The notes under the pieces were generated by a model. That model did no database searches. It was not told the origin of the DNA and saw nothing but the letters and a program-made list of their open reading frames with translations. The translations under genes and the position numbers were made by a program. From Arenicellales bacterium (GTDB lineage Bacteria > Pseudomonadota > Gammaproteobacteria > Arenicellales > JAJDZL01): a DNA stretch of 64,000 nt. The stretch is taken from the NCBI GenBank assembly GCA_965200645.1, contig CBDAUN010000003.1:1152968-1216967 (forward strand), given 5' to 3'. Of the stretch, positions 60,718 through 64,000 are shown one piece after another (the first letter of the stretch is position 1; every line of letters begins with the position of its first letter).

Positions 60718-62238
60718 CTACGAAAACTGTGTCCCGCCCATCAAAAGCCCAATTTTTTCCGCACTCAAATCCTGAACGGCATATGGTTGAGATAATGTCC
60801 CTGCAAACATCACAGAAATTCTTCCGCACAGCTCCAACAGTTCGTCCAGGTCCTGAGAAATCACCAGCACTGCTGCACCATTTGCTGCCAAATCCATCAG
60901 GGATTGATGAATCGCCTGCTGCGACCCGGCATCAACACCCCAAGTTGGCTGGCATGCGAGCATTACTTTGGGATACTGCGTAATTTCCCGACCCACTAAA
61001 TACTTTTGTAGATTGCCACCCGACAAGCTGCCTGCATCAGCCTGAACCCCTGCATGTTTGACATCAAACTCAACACAAATATCTTCGGCATATTTTCTGG
61101 CATTGGCATAATTCAACCACTGTCCCTTAACCAGTTGGTAGCGGTCATGTCCACTTAGAAACGAGTTTTCAACTAGTGACATCCGTGCTACTGCACCGTG
61201 ACCAAGTCTCTCCTCTGGCACGCTCGCCACACCCATTTTTCGGCGCGCTCGAACCCCCAGCCTTCCACAGCCTTGCCCATTAATTTGTATCGTACTGTTG
61301 GTCTCGCAAGTGTCCTCACCAGAAAGCATACACATCAATTCATTCTGCCCATTACCCGCTACACCCGCGATTCCGAAAATTTCGCCCGCATGAACTTCAA
61401 AATTAATGTCCTTAAGTGAAATACCACGCTCATTGGTCGCTGCATACGATAATCCGCTTACAGCCATCACTCGGTCACCTAACTCCTGTTGACTACCTGT
61501 CGCAACTTTGAGTTCGCGGCCGATCATTATTTCTGCCAGACTTCTCGCATCCTCTTCGCTGGGTTTGCATTCGGCGACTACCTTGCCTTGACGTAATACT
61601 GTTGCTCGGTCACACAATGCCTGAATTTCTTCCAACTTGTGACTGATATACAAAATTGCGCAACGTTCCTTGGCAAGTTTTCGTAGTACTTCAAACAATC
61701 GGTCTGCTTCCTGAGGAGTCAATACGGACGTGGGTTCATCCATAATTAGAAGCTTTGGTGATTGGAGCAAACAACGCACAATTTCAACTCGTTGACGCTC
61801 TCCAACCGAAAGCTCGAACACATTGCGACTCGGGTCAAGTTCCAACTGATAAGACTCAGACACACTGATAATTTTTTCATCTAGTTCCGATCTGGTAAGT
61901 CCCGTAGAAGTGGCGAGTTCAATGTTTTCACGCACCGTCATCGCTTCAAAAAGTGAAAAATGCTGAAAGACCATCCCGATCCCCATCTGTCTAGCGATAG
62001 CGGGACTCGCGACCGAAACAGGCTCACCCTTCCACTGCACAGTACCAGAGTCAGCGCAGTGATAACCGTAAATGATCTTAACCAGAGTGCTCTTTCCGGC
62101 ACCGTTTTCGCCCAATAAAGCATGAATTTCGCCTTCAGCTATCGATAGGTCTATGGAATCATTCGCCACTACTCCGGGGAACGCCTTCGAGACTCCGTTT
62201 AGTTGGAGCAATAGATTCGGAGTTGTATTTTCAGGCAT
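60718..62238 (-). CDS. ABC transporter ATP-binding protein with duplicated ATPase domains (sugar/nucleoside importer type)
   Basis: First domain: Walker A GENGAGKST, signature LSVGERQRVEI, Walker B LLIMDEPT. The second domain has LSGGNLQK. Confidence 0.9.
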   Translation of the reverse strand: MPENTTPNLLLQLNGVSKAFPGVVANDSIDLSIAEGEIHALLGENGAGKSTLVKIIYGYHCADSGTVQWKGEPVSVASPAIARQMGIGMVFQHFSLFEAMTVRENIELATSTGLTRSELDEKIISVSESYQLELDPSRNVFELSVGERQRVEIVRCLLQSPKLLIMDEPTSVLTPQEADRLFEVLRKLAKERCAILYISHKLEEIQALCDRATVLRQGKVVAECKPSEEDARSLAEIMIGRELKVATGSQQELGDRVMAVSGLSYAATNERGISLKDINFEVHAGEIFGIAGVAGNGQNELMCMLSGEDTCETNSTIQINGQGCGRLGVRARRKMGVASVPEERLGHGAVARMSLVENSFLSGHDRYQLVKGQWLNYANARKYAEDICVEFDVKHAGVQADAGSLSGGNLQKYLVGREITQYPKVMLACQPTWGVDAGSQQAIHQSLMDLAANGAAVLVISQDLDELLELCGRISVMFAGTLSQPYAVQDLSAEKIGLLMGGTQFS

Positions 62239-63280
62239 GCCTTACTTCTGCATCTTGAACCAATGAATTATTGATCTTAAGGCGAGCTTCTAGTATCTGA
62301 GCTGAGGTGGATAGTGCAATGACTGAAGGATGCTTGCCACGAATACTTGACAAGCCAACTGGGCAATGTAATCGCTTCAGTACGAAAGCATCGATTCCCT
62401 TGTTCATTAAACGCAGTTCAAAGCGTCTACGTTTTGTTTCTGAGCCAATTAATCCCAGCCAACCGAATTCACGATTTGCAAGAATTTGATGGACAATTTC
62501 AAAGTCCACTGCATGGCTATGAGTCATCACAACGCAAAATGTGTTTGAATCAATATCACTTACTGCGTCAACCGGATTTTGTAAAGTTCGAATTGTGGCA
62601 TTATCAGGCACGCTATCCGGAAATATTTCTTTTCGACTGTCAATCCACTGAACTTGAAAGGGTAAGTTACCTAGCACGTTTACAAGTGCTTTTCCAACAT
62701 GACCGGCTCCGAAGAGGATCAAATTTGTGGGTTTTTCGTCCAGCCGGGTAACCAACCATTCTTCGCCATTGTGTTGTTCAAGAATTGATGCCGGTTCGCT
62801 TGTTTGCTTCAGTTTTTCCATCGCTCTTGCCACTGCAATTGGCATCTGACTTTCTTCCTGCTTTGTGTTGAATAGACTACTGCTTGCTTGTGAATCAACA
62901 CAAATCGGTGTAGCAAACAAATAATAGAGGCATCCTCTATCGCTACTAGTGAGGTTTAGAAACTGCTTACTGGATATTTCGTCATAACGCTCAAAATGCA
63001 AGCGCACCGCACCACCGCAGCATTGGCTTAGAACATCCCCCAAACCAATAAATTTATCCAGTCGATTGGCAGCATCAGGGTTTGAAAGCATGGTGCGGGC
63101 ATCTTCAATGGCGACATACTCCAGATGTCCACCACCGATACTGTCACAGGATTCTTTTGCAGAAACCACGATTCTTGCACCGACTTCGCGTGGTGATGAT
63201 CCGATTACTTCAACCACAGTCACAATGACGAACGGTTGTTTCGATTTCGCCAAATTAATGCTAGCCTCGAACCAGTTCAT
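62231..63280 (-). CDS. xdhC: Xanthine dehydrogenase accessory (molybdenum cofactor insertion) protein XdhC
   Basis: XdhC/CoxI N-terminal VTVVEVIGSSPREVGARIVV and a Rossmann-like LILFGAGHVGKALV. It overlaps the xdhB stop (ATGA). Confidence 0.8.
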   Translation of the reverse strand: MNWFEASINLAKSKQPFVIVTVVEVIGSSPREVGARIVVSAKESCDSIGGGHLEYVAIEDARTMLSNPDAANRLDKFIGLGDVLSQCCGGAVRLHFERYDEISSKQFLNLTSSDRGCLYYLFATPICVDSQASSSLFNTKQEESQMPIAVARAMEKLKQTSEPASILEQHNGEEWLVTRLDEKPTNLILFGAGHVGKALVNVLGNLPFQVQWIDSRKEIFPDSVPDNATIRTLQNPVDAVSDIDSNTFCVVMTHSHAVDFEIVHQILANREFGWLGLIGSETKRRRFELRLMNKGIDAFVLKRLHCPVGLSSIRGKHPSVIALSTSAQILEARLKINNSLVQDAEVRHA

Positions 63281-64000
63281 CTCACTGCACTCATCTGTTC
63301 AACACTTGCCAGCACCCGCTCTGGTGTTGCTGGTGCATTCAAGTTTGGCCAAGCCCGATAACCTGAAACACTGGATACCGCATCGCAAATGGCACCAAAG
63401 ACGGAAATTGCCAGCATCAGCGGCGGTTCACCAACTGCTTTGGACCGGTAAATGGTAGATTCGGGATTACGTCCTCGATCCCACAGTTGCACTTCCCACT
63501 GCTTCGGCACATCGCCTGATGTAGGAATCTTGTAAGTCGAAGGAGCATGCGTAGCCAGTTTGCCCTGGTCATCCCACCAAAGCTCCTCACTGGTTAGCCA
63601 ACCCATACCCTGGACGAATCCACCTTCAACCTGACCAATATCAACTGCTGAATTTAACGAACTGCCTGCATCGTGCAGTATGTCTACTTGGAGTACTCTT
63701 GTTTCTCCTGTGAGACAGTCAATCACAACCTCACTGACAGCTGCTCCACAACCGAAATAGTAAAATGGCCGTCCAGTCATTGAACCGCGATCCCAGCTGA
63801 TTTTGGGAGTGCCGTAAAACCCCGTAGCCGTTAACTGAACACGCTGACGATGTGCGAATGCAACGAGTTCGGCAAAACTAATCGAATGTCTTCCTACTAT
63901 CACCTGGCCATTTACAAACATCACTTCATTGGCTCTAACTGAGTAAAGCTGGGTTGCCACCGCAATCAGGCGATTTTTAATTTTTCTAGCTGCATCCTTT
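63277..64000 (-). CDS. xdhB: Xanthine dehydrogenase molybdopterin-binding subunit, C-terminal part (5' end outside the window)
   Basis: The frame stays open to the window edge. YYFGCGAAVSEVVIDCLTGE, DAGSSLNSAVDIGQVEGGFVQGMGW and SKAVGEPPLML match aldehyde-oxidase/xanthine-dehydrogenase Mo-subunit C-termini. Confidence 0.85.
   Translation of the reverse strand, partial: KDAARKIKNRLIAVATQLYSVRANEVMFVNGQVIVGRHSISFAELVAFAHRQRVQLTATGFYGTPKISWDRGSMTGRPFYYFGCGAAVSEVVIDCLTGETRVLQVDILHDAGSSLNSAVDIGQVEGGFVQGMGWLTSEELWWDDQGKLATHAPSTYKIPTSGDVPKQWEVQLWDRGRNPESTIYRSKAVGEPPLMLAISVFGAICDAVSSVSGYRAWPNLNAPATPERVLASVEQMSAVR

Overview
This 64-kb window reads as chromosomal core from a gammaproteobacterium. That placement is an inference from gene order, and I could not run any search. 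I call about 50 protein-coding genes and found no rRNA, tRNA or CRISPR array.

Most of the window consists of housekeeping blocks that match well-known Pseudomonas-type synteny:
- lpxL-like x2 | trkH-trkA-ntrX-ntrY-DUF4390-rsmB-fmt-def (minus strand) | topA
- ponA | aroK-aroB-gltB-gltD-pyrF ... hemE
- a TAXI-type TRAP transporter
- lspA-ileS ... ribF-DUF2203-murJ | rpsT
- a DctPQM TRAP transporter
- proB-obg-rpmA-rplU
- a purine-salvage cluster: xdhB-xdhC, BMP-type nucleoside ABC transporter, guaD, HAD

Three loci break this synteny and are the places to look.
1. Coordinates 54.8-58.7 kb. A two-gene insert sits between the ABC permeases and their binding-protein gene. It carries a 578-aa fusion (SAM-methyltransferase, unknown middle region, HNH nuclease) and a divergent AAA+/DUF4143 ATPase. 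This is my best candidate for an undescribed, possibly defence-type, system.
2. Coordinates 36.9-39.5 kb. An insert between ribF and ileS carries an Rpn-family PD-(D/E)XK nuclease plus about 1 kb of ORF-poor DNA.
3. Coordinates 49.4-51.6 kb. Two tandem paralogous GT-A-like genes and a divergent UDG-superfamily protein sit next to rplU.

Genes expected from Pseudomonas-type gene order are absent: pilMNOPQ, dprA/smg, and the SPOR-domain gene between aroB and gltB.

All functional calls rest on motif and family recognition by eye. No database search, structure prediction or covariance-model scan was possible.
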